Source: a virus
Taxonomy: Duplodnaviria; Caudoviricetes
Direction: 5' to 3' (one strand)
Length of the DNA stretch: 59,124 nt
Virus record (IMG/VR): IMGVR_UViG_3300000228_000009
Location: 1-59,124 of that record
Both the position numbers and the translations under genes were made by a program. This document shows positions 27,972 to 37,784 of this stretch, in pieces. Under the pieces are notes generated by a model that was not told where the DNA came from, did not search any database, and saw only the letters and a list, made by a program, of their open reading frames with translations. How positions within the stretch are numbered: position 1 is the first letter of the stretch; the number at the start of each line of letters is the position of its first letter.

Positions 27972-28643
27972 ATGATTATTCGAATTATAACATTTGTAGT
28001 GTTTTTACTATCCACATACTCCGTATGCAGTTCTACATCTGTAGATGTATACGGAGATTATGATTTTAATAAAAGGGAACTATCAGTATTTTGGAAAAAT
28101 AACATAGTATATGACTCATATAAAGTAGATTTATATGCTTTACCTACTGTGTACAGCGATACTTGTATTAATATAAATTCTGGAGTACTAGCCACTACTA
28201 GATTAACTACTACTTCTAATATTATTTTTACAAACGTAGGTACTTTACTAGAGCCTGTGAAGTGTAGAGTTATTATATATGGTGTCAAAAATAATGTAGA
28301 AACTTTAATTTATAAACAAGAATTTTATATATATTTATTATCTACATCATACAGAGTTGAATGGGAACTATGTAATTTATCTGGCGGCCATGAATATTTA
28401 GGTGTATACGAACACTCCACTTTAAACCCAAACTATGTTTTTGATACAAATAAATTTATTGAAAGTTGGGAATCTTCTGTATTTATTGATAATGATATTT
28501 ATGGCAAAAAAAAGTATGTTATATTTGCTAGTGTTGGTAAAGAGTCAGGTAGTGATGCTGTTATAGTAAGTCAGCCTTCAGGTATTTTTATACTGTACCA
28601 TGTATTGCCAGAAAAACCTAAGTTAGAAGGCATAACTAATTAA
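27972..28643 (+). CDS. secreted beta-rich hypothetical protein
   Basis: signal-peptide-like N-terminus. Confidence 0.5.
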   Translation: MIIRIITFVVFLLSTYSVCSSTSVDVYGDYDFNKRELSVFWKNNIVYDSYKVDLYALPTVYSDTCININSGVLATTRLTTTSNIIFTNVGTLLEPVKCRVIIYGVKNNVETLIYKQEFYIYLLSTSYRVEWELCNLSGGHEYLGVYEHSTLNPNYVFDTNKFIESWESSVFIDNDIYGKKKYVIFASVGKESGSDAVIVSQPSGIFILYHVLPEKPKLEGITN

Positions 28644-28662
28644 CATTTATACTTAAATTTAT

Positions 28663-28884
28663 ATGAAAGATAATATTTATAATAGATTACCAGTAATTTT
28701 AAACAACACAGAAAATCATAGTAATTTGTATGATACCATAAGTTCTTTAGATAACAATTTAGATAAAGCTATTGCTAAAGGTAGTAATCAAGAGGATATA
28801 TTGTTAATAATGAAAAGTTTATTAAATGATATTAAAATATGCAATTCTATGACAGAATATTTAGAAGAGGTTACTTATGAGTAG
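28663..28884 (+). CDS. hypothetical protein
   Basis: overlaps the next gene. Confidence 0.5.
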   Translation: MKDNIYNRLPVILNNTENHSNLYDTISSLDNNLDKAIAKGSNQEDILLIMKSLLNDIKICNSMTEYLEEVTYE

Positions 28885-29083
28885 ATCTTGGTCATTTTCT
28901 GAAGAAAAAATATTAATTGATAATTACTCTACCTGTACTGTGTTTGAACTTATTGAGAAGCTTCCAGGAAGAGATGAGGATTCAATTAATTGTAAAATCA
29001 AGCGAATGAGGAAACAAAATAAAATCATAACACATAAAACGTCTGAAACAGTATCTAGATCACATAAGGAGAGGTTGAAATGA
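28877..29083 (+). CDS. Myb/SANT-like HTH protein
   Basis: WSFSEEKILIDNY...LIEKLPGRDEDSINCK pattern. Confidence 0.6.
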   Translation: MSRSWSFSEEKILIDNYSTCTVFELIEKLPGRDEDSINCKIKRMRKQNKIITHKTSETVSRSHKERLK

Positions 29084-29322
29084 TGAATATGGAATATATA
29101 TTAAATAATTCTCTTTGTAAACATTGTGACCATAGGGTTTCAAGAGTAGTTAGTACAGAAGGTATAGAAGTATCTTACTATGATGAAGATGATAGTGTTA
29201 CTGTAACTGATACTTCAGATGAAATTTTAGATAGCTTTACTCATGAGTACTGCACTAAATTATGTGTAGATTTAGATCATATAGTATTAGATTGTACAAA
29301 GTTTTTGTTGGTAGATAAATAA
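29080..29322 (+). CDS. hypothetical Cys-containing protein
   Basis: CKHC...C...C; overlaps the previous stop. Confidence 0.5.
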   Translation: MMNMEYILNNSLCKHCDHRVSRVVSTEGIEVSYYDEDDSVTVTDTSDEILDSFTHEYCTKLCVDLDHIVLDCTKFLLVDK

Positions 29323-29334
29323 TAGGAGAAATAT

Positions 29335-30519
29335 ATGAGTAATGTTAAAATTTATAGACACACTGATTACGGAGCACCGCAATTATACGGAAATGCCGGT
29401 TATCTTATACCAGTACTTGATGCTTGTTTGGTTGATGGTTATGGTACTAGATCTATTCTAACTCTGTCACACGCTAGTAATGTGGTAACAGCTACGACAT
29501 CTGTTGCACATAATTTAGATGTTCATTCTAGACAAACTATAGCAGGGGCTAACGAGTCTGGGTATAACGGAGAATTTATAATATCCATTACAGATGCATA
29601 TACTTTTACTTACACGGCATCTGGTATAGCTGCTTCACCAGCTACAGGTACAATTACTACTATGACTGCAGGAGCAGGCTGGACTAAACCATACTCAGGA
29701 ACTAACTTAGCTGCATATAGACAAGGATCAGGATCACAACACTATTTTAGAATTGACGATACCACTACACAGTCTTCAAGAATAGTAGGTTATGAAACTA
29801 TGACAGCTATTAGTACAGGTACAGGACCATTCCCAACATCATCACAAGTTTCAGGAGGCTTATATATACATAAATCAAATTCATCAGATGCAACGAACGC
29901 TAGAAGATGGATTATTGTTGCTAATGACAAAACTATATATATGTGGGTTAATTATGGTGCTGGTTTAAATACAGAATATGGTTATCTATCTATGTGTGGG
30001 TTTGGACAGTTTATATCTAACAAAGATGGTGATGCATATAACACATTTATATCAGCTAGTACTGGAACCGGTTCATCCTCTTATGTGTATTTTATGCACT
30101 TAGTAAGTACCGTTGCTGCTGTAATAACTACTTCCTCATTTGGCTTTTATGCCCCACGATCTTATACACAGGTTGGTACTTCTGTTACTTTAGGTAAAAT
30201 AAGTGACTATTCTAAAGCAGCACAGACCGGTATGGGTAGTCAAACAGGTACAGCTTTGATCTACCCTCATCCAATAGATGGTGGTTTATATATGTCACAG
30301 GTAAATATTGTAGAAGGAGCTGGACCTGGGGCTAATTCTATACTTAGGGGCAAAATGTTTGGTGTTTGGAATCCTTTGCATAATATACCTTTAAACCATG
30401 GTGATATTTTCACAGGTAATGGTGATCTAGCGGGTAAAACATTTATAACATTAAACGGTTGCCCAGCCACTTCAAGTTTAGGTCAATGTATGATTGACAT
30501 ATCTTTATCGTGGGATTAA
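29335..30519 (+). CDS. putative virion structural/tail-associated protein
   Basis: GAPQLYG...LDACLVDGYG N-terminus and AGWTKPY motif typical of phage virion proteins; Gly/Thr/Ser-rich. Confidence 0.6.
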   Translation: MSNVKIYRHTDYGAPQLYGNAGYLIPVLDACLVDGYGTRSILTLSHASNVVTATTSVAHNLDVHSRQTIAGANESGYNGEFIISITDAYTFTYTASGIAASPATGTITTMTAGAGWTKPYSGTNLAAYRQGSGSQHYFRIDDTTTQSSRIVGYETMTAISTGTGPFPTSSQVSGGLYIHKSNSSDATNARRWIIVANDKTIYMWVNYGAGLNTEYGYLSMCGFGQFISNKDGDAYNTFISASTGTGSSSYVYFMHLVSTVAAVITTSSFGFYAPRSYTQVGTSVTLGKISDYSKAAQTGMGSQTGTALIYPHPIDGGLYMSQVNIVEGAGPGANSILRGKMFGVWNPLHNIPLNHGDIFTGNGDLAGKTFITLNGCPATSSLGQCMIDISLSWD

Positions 30520-30525
30520 TAATGT

Positions 30526-31533
30526 ATGCCAGCACATATACCTCATTATCCAACAGCTTTTAGTGATACGTATGTAAAAGCATCATCATATTATTCAAGT
30601 AGTTATTATCATTGGTTTGCGTTTAACCCGTCTTTATCACTTGTAGGATCAGCATCTTCTAATTCGTGGGGAGCTATTGATAATTCTGTACCTCAAAGAA
30701 TTAATGTAGACTTTGAAAATTCGTTTATTTTAGGTATGGTGCTTTTAGAGAACTATCATGATTCTGGTTCTTCTACTTTATCCGGTGTCAAAACTTTTAG
30801 AATTTATGGTTCGAATTCAAGTACAGCTTTTACTACTACAGATGGTAGTGATCTTACAGATTTAACATTACTAGGGGAATTTGTAGCATTAGAACATGTT
30901 AGTGCAAATTCTTCAGACCCACAATATTTTTATATTTCAAGTAACTACACAGAGTACAGATATCTATGTATAATTTTTATAGATGTTTTAAGTAGTGGAC
31001 AGTCTTTTATAGGTGTTAGAAGAATAACTTATTATTCGGTCCATGAAAGTTTAAAAATTGTAGTTAGTGATGATACTATAGGTATGTATCCAATTAAACT
31101 ACAAAAATTTATTGTAACCAAACAAGATAATTATGGTGTAGTAAAAAATGTGTTTCTAAGAGGTATTTTAAAAATTAAGCTGGCTAGTACAGTTAGTGTA
31201 AATAATATAACTACTCCAGTTAGTGGTGTATATTTAAAAACAAGACATGATTATAAAAGAAGACAACCCGTATATATAAATGGTGATATATATACAGAAA
31301 CCAATGGTATTATACAAGGAATAGTGACAGTTAGTGGTACAGTTTGGCCTGGAGTTACTGTAAGATTATATTACAACATTGATGGTAATATCATAAACCA
31401 AACTATTACGGATGAAAATGGTAATTTTGAGTTTTATATACTGGAACCACTAAAAGATTATTTCACGGTTATAGCTCATCATGATGGTTTTAATGCAATT
31501 GTATACGATAGAGTTAAATCTTCTATATATTAA
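30526..31533 (+). CDS. putative virion protein with discoidin (F5/8-like) and carboxypeptidase-regulatory-like domains
   Basis: ASSYYS...AFN, VKTFRIYGSN, EYRY; C-terminal VRLYY...TITDENGNFEF. Confidence 0.6.
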   Translation: MPAHIPHYPTAFSDTYVKASSYYSSSYYHWFAFNPSLSLVGSASSNSWGAIDNSVPQRINVDFENSFILGMVLLENYHDSGSSTLSGVKTFRIYGSNSSTAFTTTDGSDLTDLTLLGEFVALEHVSANSSDPQYFYISSNYTEYRYLCIIFIDVLSSGQSFIGVRRITYYSVHESLKIVVSDDTIGMYPIKLQKFIVTKQDNYGVVKNVFLRGILKIKLASTVSVNNITTPVSGVYLKTRHDYKRRQPVYINGDIYTETNGIIQGIVTVSGTVWPGVTVRLYYNIDGNIINQTITDENGNFEFYILEPLKDYFTVIAHHDGFNAIVYDRVKSSIY

Positions 31534-31543
31534 ATAAAAATAC

Positions 31544-31572
31544 TTTACAAGTTCAACTTTAAATGTTATAAT
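31544..31572 (+). promoter_or_regulatory. sigma70-type promoter of clpP
   Basis: TTTACA-17 nt-TATAAT with TG extension. Confidence 0.6.
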
Positions 31573-31628
31573 ATATTTATAAAAATTGTTTTATTAAATT
31601 TTAAAATATGAATTAAAGGAGATTTTTT

Positions 31629-32198
31629 ATGAATTTATCTTATGTAATTGAAGGCGAGGCAGCGGAAGAGAGAAGTTATGAAATTTTTAGTAGATTGTTG
31701 AAAGATCGTATTATTTATGTTCAAGGACAGTTCGAAGATTCTATGGCTAATAGAACAGTAGCACAGCTTCTTTATTTATCATCTCGAGATGCAGAAAAAC
31801 CTATATATATGTATATAAACTCACCTGGGGGTTCAATATCATCTATGTATGCTATAGTTGATTGTATGGATTATATTACTCCAGATGTTCATACTTTAGG
31901 TATAGGTAGTGTTTGTTCAGCAGGTAGTTTTCTTTTAGCCGCCGGAACAAAAAATCATCGAAAAATTCTTAAGAATACTTCTGTCATGATACATGAGTTA
32001 TCAAGCGGTGTTCAAGGTAAAGCTGGTGATATATTTAATGAAGTTAAGAACATGGAAAGACTTTATGAAAAGATGGCAAAACAATATGCTTCTTTTACTG
32101 GTAAATCCGTTGTAAAAATCAAAAAAGATATGCAACGAGACTTTTGGATGGATGCTAAAGAAGCTTTAGATTATGGTTTGGTGGATCAAATTATATAA
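31629..32198 (+). CDS. clpP: ATP-dependent Clp protease proteolytic subunit
   Basis: IFSRLLKDRII, YINSPGGS, catalytic S (CSAGS), H (MIHE), D (RDFWM), YGLVD. Confidence 0.95.
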   Translation: MNLSYVIEGEAAEERSYEIFSRLLKDRIIYVQGQFEDSMANRTVAQLLYLSSRDAEKPIYMYINSPGGSISSMYAIVDCMDYITPDVHTLGIGSVCSAGSFLLAAGTKNHRKILKNTSVMIHELSSGVQGKAGDIFNEVKNMERLYEKMAKQYASFTGKSVVKIKKDMQRDFWMDAKEALDYGLVDQII

Positions 32199-32239
32199 TA
32201 GTAATAAACAACAGTTAAAATTATACGTAGGAACATCAT

Positions 32240-32686
32240 ATGGAAATTAATATTGCATGTGTAAATATAGTTAAATTTTATGAAGGTTTTAGATCTAAAC
32301 CTTATTTAGATCCGGTTGGTATACCAACCATTGGGTATGGTTCCACTTATTATGAAAACTATACTAAAGTTACAATACAGGATCTACCTATAACGTCAGA
32401 AAGAGCTACACAGTTATTATTATATAACCTAAGTAAATTCGCTTCTGATATCACTGATATTGTTAAAGTGCCTTTAAATAATAATCAATTTAGTGCCTTA
32501 GTGAGTTTCTCATATAACGTAGGCTTAGGGGCATTTAAAAAATCAACATTATTAAAATTAGTCAACTCAGGTAATTTTATAGGTGCAGCTGAACAGTTTA
32601 TACGTTGGAACAAAGCAGGAGGAAAAGTATTACCTGGATTAACAAAGCGTAGAGAAGCAGAAAGAAATTTATGGCAAACCCCATAA
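32240..32686 (+). CDS. lysozyme/endolysin (GH24)
   Basis: YEG...YLDPVGIPTIGYG, ALVSFSYNVG, RWNKAGGKVLPGLTKRREAE. Confidence 0.95.
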   Translation: MEINIACVNIVKFYEGFRSKPYLDPVGIPTIGYGSTYYENYTKVTIQDLPITSERATQLLLYNLSKFASDITDIVKVPLNNNQFSALVSFSYNVGLGAFKKSTLLKLVNSGNFIGAAEQFIRWNKAGGKVLPGLTKRREAERNLWQTP

Positions 32687-32800
32687 AACTGTATTTTAAT
32701 AGAATTAAAGTGTGGTTAATGTAACCATACTTGTTTACAATGATTAAATTATATCTTTGTTTAGTCTTAATTTTAAAGTTTTTTAAATGAGGAGTATTAT

Positions 32801-33349
32801 ATGAATAATAGAGTTGAAGGTGTAGTAAAGTGGTTCATTAGCTGAGAGCCCTTTATACTGGTAACAGTATATCGAAACTCCTCTAATTGCTGGAACATCC
32901 TTATAGCCTAGTGAACTACAACGTAGATAAAAATATCAGACGTGAATGTTAAAAATTACTAGGATTGGACGATCAGCAGCTAAAGCCTTTTAAAATGGGT
33001 TAAGTTCAACGACCAGTCGTAAGACGTAGAGTAGAAGCTATTGCTACTTGAAATGGGGAGAATCCAAACATATTTGGATTTTGATATGGTCTTATCTTTA
33101 TGGAAACATAAAGCTATCTTAAGATAGAAATAATCAGTAGCGTGATTATTTAAAAACGTATAAGTTTCAGCCGACAGAGGGTATGGTTTTGCAGTAGTTA
33201 CTGGTGATAAGAAAGAGCAAGAATATTTTTTACACTTTTCTACAATTAATATGGATGGTTATAAAACTTTGAAAGCCAAACAAAAGATTTCATTTGTTTT
33301 AAAAGACACAGAAAAAGGTATACAAGCTACTGAAGTTGAGTTGCTATAA
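32801..33349 (+). CDS. csp: cold-shock domain protein, spliced (exons 32801-32834 and 33165-33349; 72 aa)
   Basis: joined exons give MNNRVEGVVKWFSADRGYGFAVVTGDKKEQEYFLHFSTINMDGYKTLKAKQKISFVLKDTEKGIQATEVELL with RNP1 and RNP2; GAGGAG RBS. Confidence 0.9.
32835..33164 (+). ncRNA. group I intron (330 nt, no ORF) in the csp gene
   Basis: P AATTGCTGGAA 32885, Q ATCAGCAG 32972, R GTTCAACGACCA 33004, S GATATGGTCT 33083; 5' exon ends in U, intron ends in G; IGS 32841-32854 pairs with both exons. Confidence 0.9.
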
Positions 33350-33780
33350 TGTATTTAAGTGAAATAGTTTTAAGGAAACGTTATCTAGAGTATAAACTTG
33401 ATACTATAGACAAGTACATACATAATATATGCAACATGTGTACAAATACAAATACAAGTACAGATTTATTGACTGGTGCTATAAGTTACAAGTTTGATTT
33501 ATTAAGCAAAATAAGAAGTCATAACGTTCTTATTAGTAATTTAAATAAAGAAACTTTTATAAACGTTAGTGGTGTTGAATTAAGTGTATTCGAAGCAATG
33601 CATTTGTTGAAAACTTTAGAAAGTAAATTAGATACTTTTACAAAACTTATTAAATCAGAAGCAGCGTCTTCTTTAGATGCGCTGACTATTTTTAGTAAAA
33701 ATGACATCTTGTTCGATGAATATCAAAATATATATTTAACAGTATTACAAAGTGATTTAATTACAAAATGGGAAGGTTAG
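33349..33780 (+). CDS. hypothetical protein
   Basis: start overlaps the csp stop codon. Confidence 0.6.
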   Translation: MYLSEIVLRKRYLEYKLDTIDKYIHNICNMCTNTNTSTDLLTGAISYKFDLLSKIRSHNVLISNLNKETFINVSGVELSVFEAMHLLKTLESKLDTFTKLIKSEAASSLDALTIFSKNDILFDEYQNIYLTVLQSDLITKWEG

Positions 33781-33800
33781 AGCATTAAAGGAGATATTAC

Positions 33801-34403
33801 ATGTTATACGTTGTTTCTGGACAAGCAAGGTCGGGGAAGGATACATCAGTTGAAATTTTAAAAAATATTATTGAGTCAGATAATGAAACATGTGCTACAG
33901 TGGCATATGCTGATTTTTTAAAAGAAATTTTAGGTAAATGTTTTAATTTAACACATGAACAACTATATGGTAAATTAAAAGAAGTCCCTATAGAAGGTCT
34001 AAATAGAAATACTGGATCTTTTTTAGATAATAATGTTTGTTGGACTCCAAGAGAGTTGTTGCAATACCTTGGAACAGATGTTATGAGAAACATTGATCCA
34101 TATTGTTGGATTAATGTAGTTAAGAATTTTGTTGATACTAATAAAAATAATTACGATAATATAATTTTGAGCGACGCAAGATTTTCTAATGAAGTAGCTT
34201 GGGTGTTAGAACATGGAGGTATTCATATACATATACAAAAAACTTTCCGCGATAAAATAAATGGAAGCACACACTATTCTGAAACATCTTTACCTAATAT
34301 AGAAGAAAGTGACAATACTTTTATTATAAATAATGATGGTTCTTTAGATGACTTAACAATTAAACTTGAAAATATTTGGAGGAAACAAAATGGTAGAGTC
34401 TAA
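33801..34403 (+). CDS. deoxynucleoside monophosphate kinase (T4 gp1-like)
   Basis: SGQARSGKDT, YADFLKE, PRELLQYLGTDVMR, DARFSNE, HYSE, NNDGSL. Confidence 0.9.
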   Translation: MLYVVSGQARSGKDTSVEILKNIIESDNETCATVAYADFLKEILGKCFNLTHEQLYGKLKEVPIEGLNRNTGSFLDNNVCWTPRELLQYLGTDVMRNIDPYCWINVVKNFVDTNKNNYDNIILSDARFSNEVAWVLEHGGIHIHIQKTFRDKINGSTHYSETSLPNIEESDNTFIINNDGSLDDLTIKLENIWRKQNGRV

Positions 34404-34656
34404 TCACATGTTTGAATTTAACTCAAACGAAATTAAAAGTGTTAGTATTTATAAAAGTTCTGGAGATTATAATTATGCTACTGTAACTTTAAAAAGGGGA
34501 CAATCATATATTAGTATTAATTATGAGTGGCAGGGAGAAGTTACACCGGATTTTGTAATGGATATGGTAACTTACTTCAGTCCTGGAAAAGTTACTGCTA
34601 GTATTACAGACCAAGAAGTTATAGACTTTAAGAAACGTTTATCTGAGATTAAATAA
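34366..34656 (+). CDS. hypothetical protein
   Basis: likely start MVESN with a GGAGG RBS. Confidence 0.55.
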   Translation: MKIFGGNKMVESNHMFEFNSNEIKSVSIYKSSGDYNYATVTLKRGQSYISINYEWQGEVTPDFVMDMVTYFSPGKVTASITDQEVIDFKKRLSEIK

Positions 34657-34890
34657 ATGCCAATTTCTATTGATGAGTTTAGATATCCAAGATTTATTAA
34701 ATACGAAGAAAAGAAACCTTTTATAGAGGATGCTAAGGCTAAATTTATGGATGGTACGGTTTTTAATGGTCTTAGACGTTTTCAAAATGAAGAATTTCCA
34801 CAAGCAGGTTATAATCCTTTAGCTAATATTACAACAATCCTAAAAGTTAATCTAGATAAAGATGATTTAACTTTACCACCTACGGCTTAG
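34657..34890 (+). CDS. hypothetical protein
   Basis: abuts the previous gene. Confidence 0.55.
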   Translation: MPISIDEFRYPRFIKYEEKKPFIEDAKAKFMDGTVFNGLRRFQNEEFPQAGYNPLANITTILKVNLDKDDLTLPPTA

Positions 34891-34910
34891 GTGGTAACAT
34901 AATAATATAA

Positions 34911-35891
34911 ATGAGTAAGTCAAACAAGTTGTTTTTTACTGGTGTTATTAAACCAGCATTTAATATTAAAAATTACACACTTTTAATTAGTGCGAAAGAT
35001 TATAAAGAACAGTACCAAAGATTTTATTACATTTGTGATTCAGGTGTAATTCATGAGACATGTTGGAATAATGTAAGTAGAGGTACTTTTTGTAGATGTA
35101 AAACAAAATTAAAAGCTTACAAAGAACTAAAAACATATATCAAAAGTAAGTGTGGTAGGATTCTCAAACCGTGGTTTGAGTTTATTGATGTTGATACGCC
35201 TGTAAGATGCAAGTGTTCAAATAATCATATATTTAGTCTGTCATTGTCTGACGCAAGAACAGGTGTGTGGTGTAATAAATGTTTTCGTGATGAAAAAGCT
35301 GTTAGTAGGATTATTAAAAATAACATAGCTTTGTATGATACTTTACATACGAAGCTACAGGAATGTGGTGAGAAAACTTTTGCAATACATGAAAATAATT
35401 TAAAGTTACTAGGTGTTTCTTGTAAGAACTGTAATGTTATTTTTCACCCAGGCCGGAGAGCTTCTTATGAACGAATAAGGTCTGCTTTGTACAATGGCAC
35501 TGGAAATAATTATTTCTTTTGTTCAAGTGCTTGTAAATATAATAGTGTTTACTACAACCAATGCATAATGGACTTTTCTAAATTTGAAAAAAGTGTTTTA
35601 AAATTTATTAAAACTTTTTATAAGAGTAAAATTAAAAATCATGATAGGTCTGTAATAGTTAATCCTACAACAGATAAAGCACTTGAGTTAGATTTTTATT
35701 TTCCGCATATTAATAAAGCTATCGAATGTAATGGAAGTTATTGGCATGCATCAGAAGTAGTAAAAGAAAGAGATAAAATAAAATTAAAGCAATGTGAGCA
35801 AGCAGATATAAAATTGCTTGTAATTGATGAATACTTATGGTATAATGATACATTAAATCAACAAGTAGTTATTAAAAATTTTTTACAATAA
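34911..35891 (+). CDS. free-standing homing-type endonuclease (Zn modules + Vsr/PD-(D/E)xK-like domain)
   Basis: LELDFYFPHINKAIECNGSYWH nuclease motif; Cys/His repeats. Confidence 0.7.
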   Translation: MSKSNKLFFTGVIKPAFNIKNYTLLISAKDYKEQYQRFYYICDSGVIHETCWNNVSRGTFCRCKTKLKAYKELKTYIKSKCGRILKPWFEFIDVDTPVRCKCSNNHIFSLSLSDARTGVWCNKCFRDEKAVSRIIKNNIALYDTLHTKLQECGEKTFAIHENNLKLLGVSCKNCNVIFHPGRRASYERIRSALYNGTGNNYFFCSSACKYNSVYYNQCIMDFSKFEKSVLKFIKTFYKSKIKNHDRSVIVNPTTDKALELDFYFPHINKAIECNGSYWHASEVVKERDKIKLKQCEQADIKLLVIDEYLWYNDTLNQQVVIKNFLQ

Positions 35892-35905
35892 AAAGGAGTA
35901 GTATT

Positions 35906-36481
35906 ATGGAATTTTCTCCAGAAAAAAAACTTGAAACTTTTAAATCTGAGCTATCATTAATTTTTAATAAGAATATTAAAAGTTTTACTGAAGTTTGTGT
36001 TATGATGGCTCCAGATTATATTTTTTTCGCGGCGCCTGCCTCCTCATCAGGGAAATACCATCCTATTGACGAGCTATCAGGTTATGGTACAGTTATTCAT
36101 ACTAAGAGAGTTGTTACAGTAGCATACGAATTATGTAGAGGCTTAGGATGTGAACAAAATAGGGATCTAATAATCTCTGCTTGTATATTACATGACTTAC
36201 GAAAACAAGGTATTGAGCCAACAGGACATACTGTAAAATGGCACCCTGATCTTGGAGCAAAATTGGTAGAAGAAGTTTATGCAGATTTAAAGTTAATATC
36301 TTCGTCTGATTTTGAAATGATTAAAAATTGTGTAGGTTACCACTATGGACCATGGAGTATCAAACCCTGGTCTAAACCTTTAGACAAATATCTACCTGAA
36401 GAAATGTGCGTTTACTTGTCTGATTACATAGCAAGTAAAAAATCACTCACCGTTAAACAAGAGGATAGATTCGATGGTTAA
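35906..36481 (+). CDS. HD-domain protein
   Basis: PASSSGKYHP, HTKRV, ILHDLRK, HYGPW, LSDYIAS. Confidence 0.85.
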   Translation: MEFSPEKKLETFKSELSLIFNKNIKSFTEVCVMMAPDYIFFAAPASSSGKYHPIDELSGYGTVIHTKRVVTVAYELCRGLGCEQNRDLIISACILHDLRKQGIEPTGHTVKWHPDLGAKLVEEVYADLKLISSSDFEMIKNCVGYHYGPWSIKPWSKPLDKYLPEEMCVYLSDYIASKKSLTVKQEDRFDG

Positions 36482-36812
36482 TGAGGTTTTTAAAAAAGAT
36501 CTAAGTAAATTTATGTCTGAGAGCACCGTTTCTTCTGAGCTTCCTGCTGGGGAAACACCAAGAAGGTATGAACCATCTTGTGGTGTAAAAGCACATAATA
36601 GTAGAATACACAAAGAAAGTAATTTTGCTGACAAATACAAAAACCTACCTTTTACATTCTCAAAGCCCAGTTTTGGTGAAGCAAATAAAAGAAGTGTTAT
36701 AAAGGTTTGTTCTAATTGTGAAACTTCTGTCTATGTACATTACAATGCAGTAGGTATTATTTGTAGAAATTGTGGTAAATACTCTTCTTTAAAGGAGATC
36801 CAAAGTGATTGA
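36474..36812 (+). CDS. zinc-ribbon protein
   Basis: CSNC...CRNCG. Confidence 0.55.
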   Translation: MVNEVFKKDLSKFMSESTVSSELPAGETPRRYEPSCGVKAHNSRIHKESNFADKYKNLPFTFSKPSFGEANKRSVIKVCSNCETSVYVHYNAVGIICRNCGKYSSLKEIQSD

Positions 36813-37281
36813 TACAATAAACACTACAAATATAAAAGGTAGAGGCCGCCCACTAGGGTTTAGACTTAGCGAGCTTAGTAAACAATCTATAAGTGATTCT
36901 AAAAAAGGACAACGTCATTCTGAAGAAACTAAAGAAAAAATATCTAAAACTTTAATGCAATACTTTAGAAATACGTATCCTCTGTCAGATGAACTTTATA
37001 TACAATATAAGTATGAAATTGATAATTATAGTGAAGTTAGAGAATGGTTCGATAGAGTGAGAACATCATATAATGAAACTAATAATATATGTACAGAAAG
37101 ATCTTTAAACTCAAAACGTTTTAGAGAAATATCTATAGAATATAATATAAGTATGGAAGATAATCCTAATTTAACTACAATATTAAACAGTCCAGAAGAT
37201 GTGTGTGATTTAAGAGAACAATGCGACGAACATGATTTAGATTTTGATGCTGTATGTGACGTATTAGGAGTAAAATTTTAA
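36805..37281 (+). CDS. NUMOD3-motif DNA-binding protein
   Basis: KKGQRHSEETKEKISK. Confidence 0.65.
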   Translation: MIDTINTTNIKGRGRPLGFRLSELSKQSISDSKKGQRHSEETKEKISKTLMQYFRNTYPLSDELYIQYKYEIDNYSEVREWFDRVRTSYNETNNICTERSLNSKRFREISIEYNISMEDNPNLTTILNSPEDVCDLREQCDEHDLDFDAVCDVLGVKF

Positions 37282-37282
37282 T

Positions 37283-37783
37283 ATGGTAAGAACAGTAGGA
37301 AGACCAAAAAGCCCACCAAAAGCAAGGGAGATATTAACTGAAATACTCCCTATCAAAGATATGTTTTCTGAAGAAGAACTCCCTATCTATTATGGTTTAA
37401 TAGATATTTACCTTAAAGATTTTGATGAAGATGATTTAACATCAAGTGATATTGATGATATTATGACTTTAGCTAGTAATAAAATTATTGAAGTTCGCTT
37501 AATGAAATCAAGTAAAGATAATGCAAGTGATCACTTAAATTATTCTAGTTCTTTAGAAAAACTTAGAAAACAAAGTGATAAAATAAAAGACAATCTTGCC
37601 TCAAGAAGAAAAGACAGGGTAGACTTGAATGAATTTAGAGGTTTTTCTATAGTTGATCTAGCTGTAGGTTTTGATGATACTAAAAAGTTAAAATTAGAAC
37701 TACAAGCTAGAAAAATGAAAGAAGAACAAACTATTATAGAAGATGTACTTGAAGAGAATACTTGTAAGGATGATGTAGACTAG
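37283..37783 (+). CDS. possible terminase small subunit
   Basis: helical protein immediately upstream of the large terminase; inferred from position. Confidence 0.4.
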   Translation: MVRTVGRPKSPPKAREILTEILPIKDMFSEEELPIYYGLIDIYLKDFDEDDLTSSDIDDIMTLASNKIIEVRLMKSSKDNASDHLNYSSSLEKLRKQSDKIKDNLASRRKDRVDLNEFRGFSIVDLAVGFDDTKKLKLELQARKMKEEQTIIEDVLEENTCKDDVD

Positions 37784-37784
37784 T

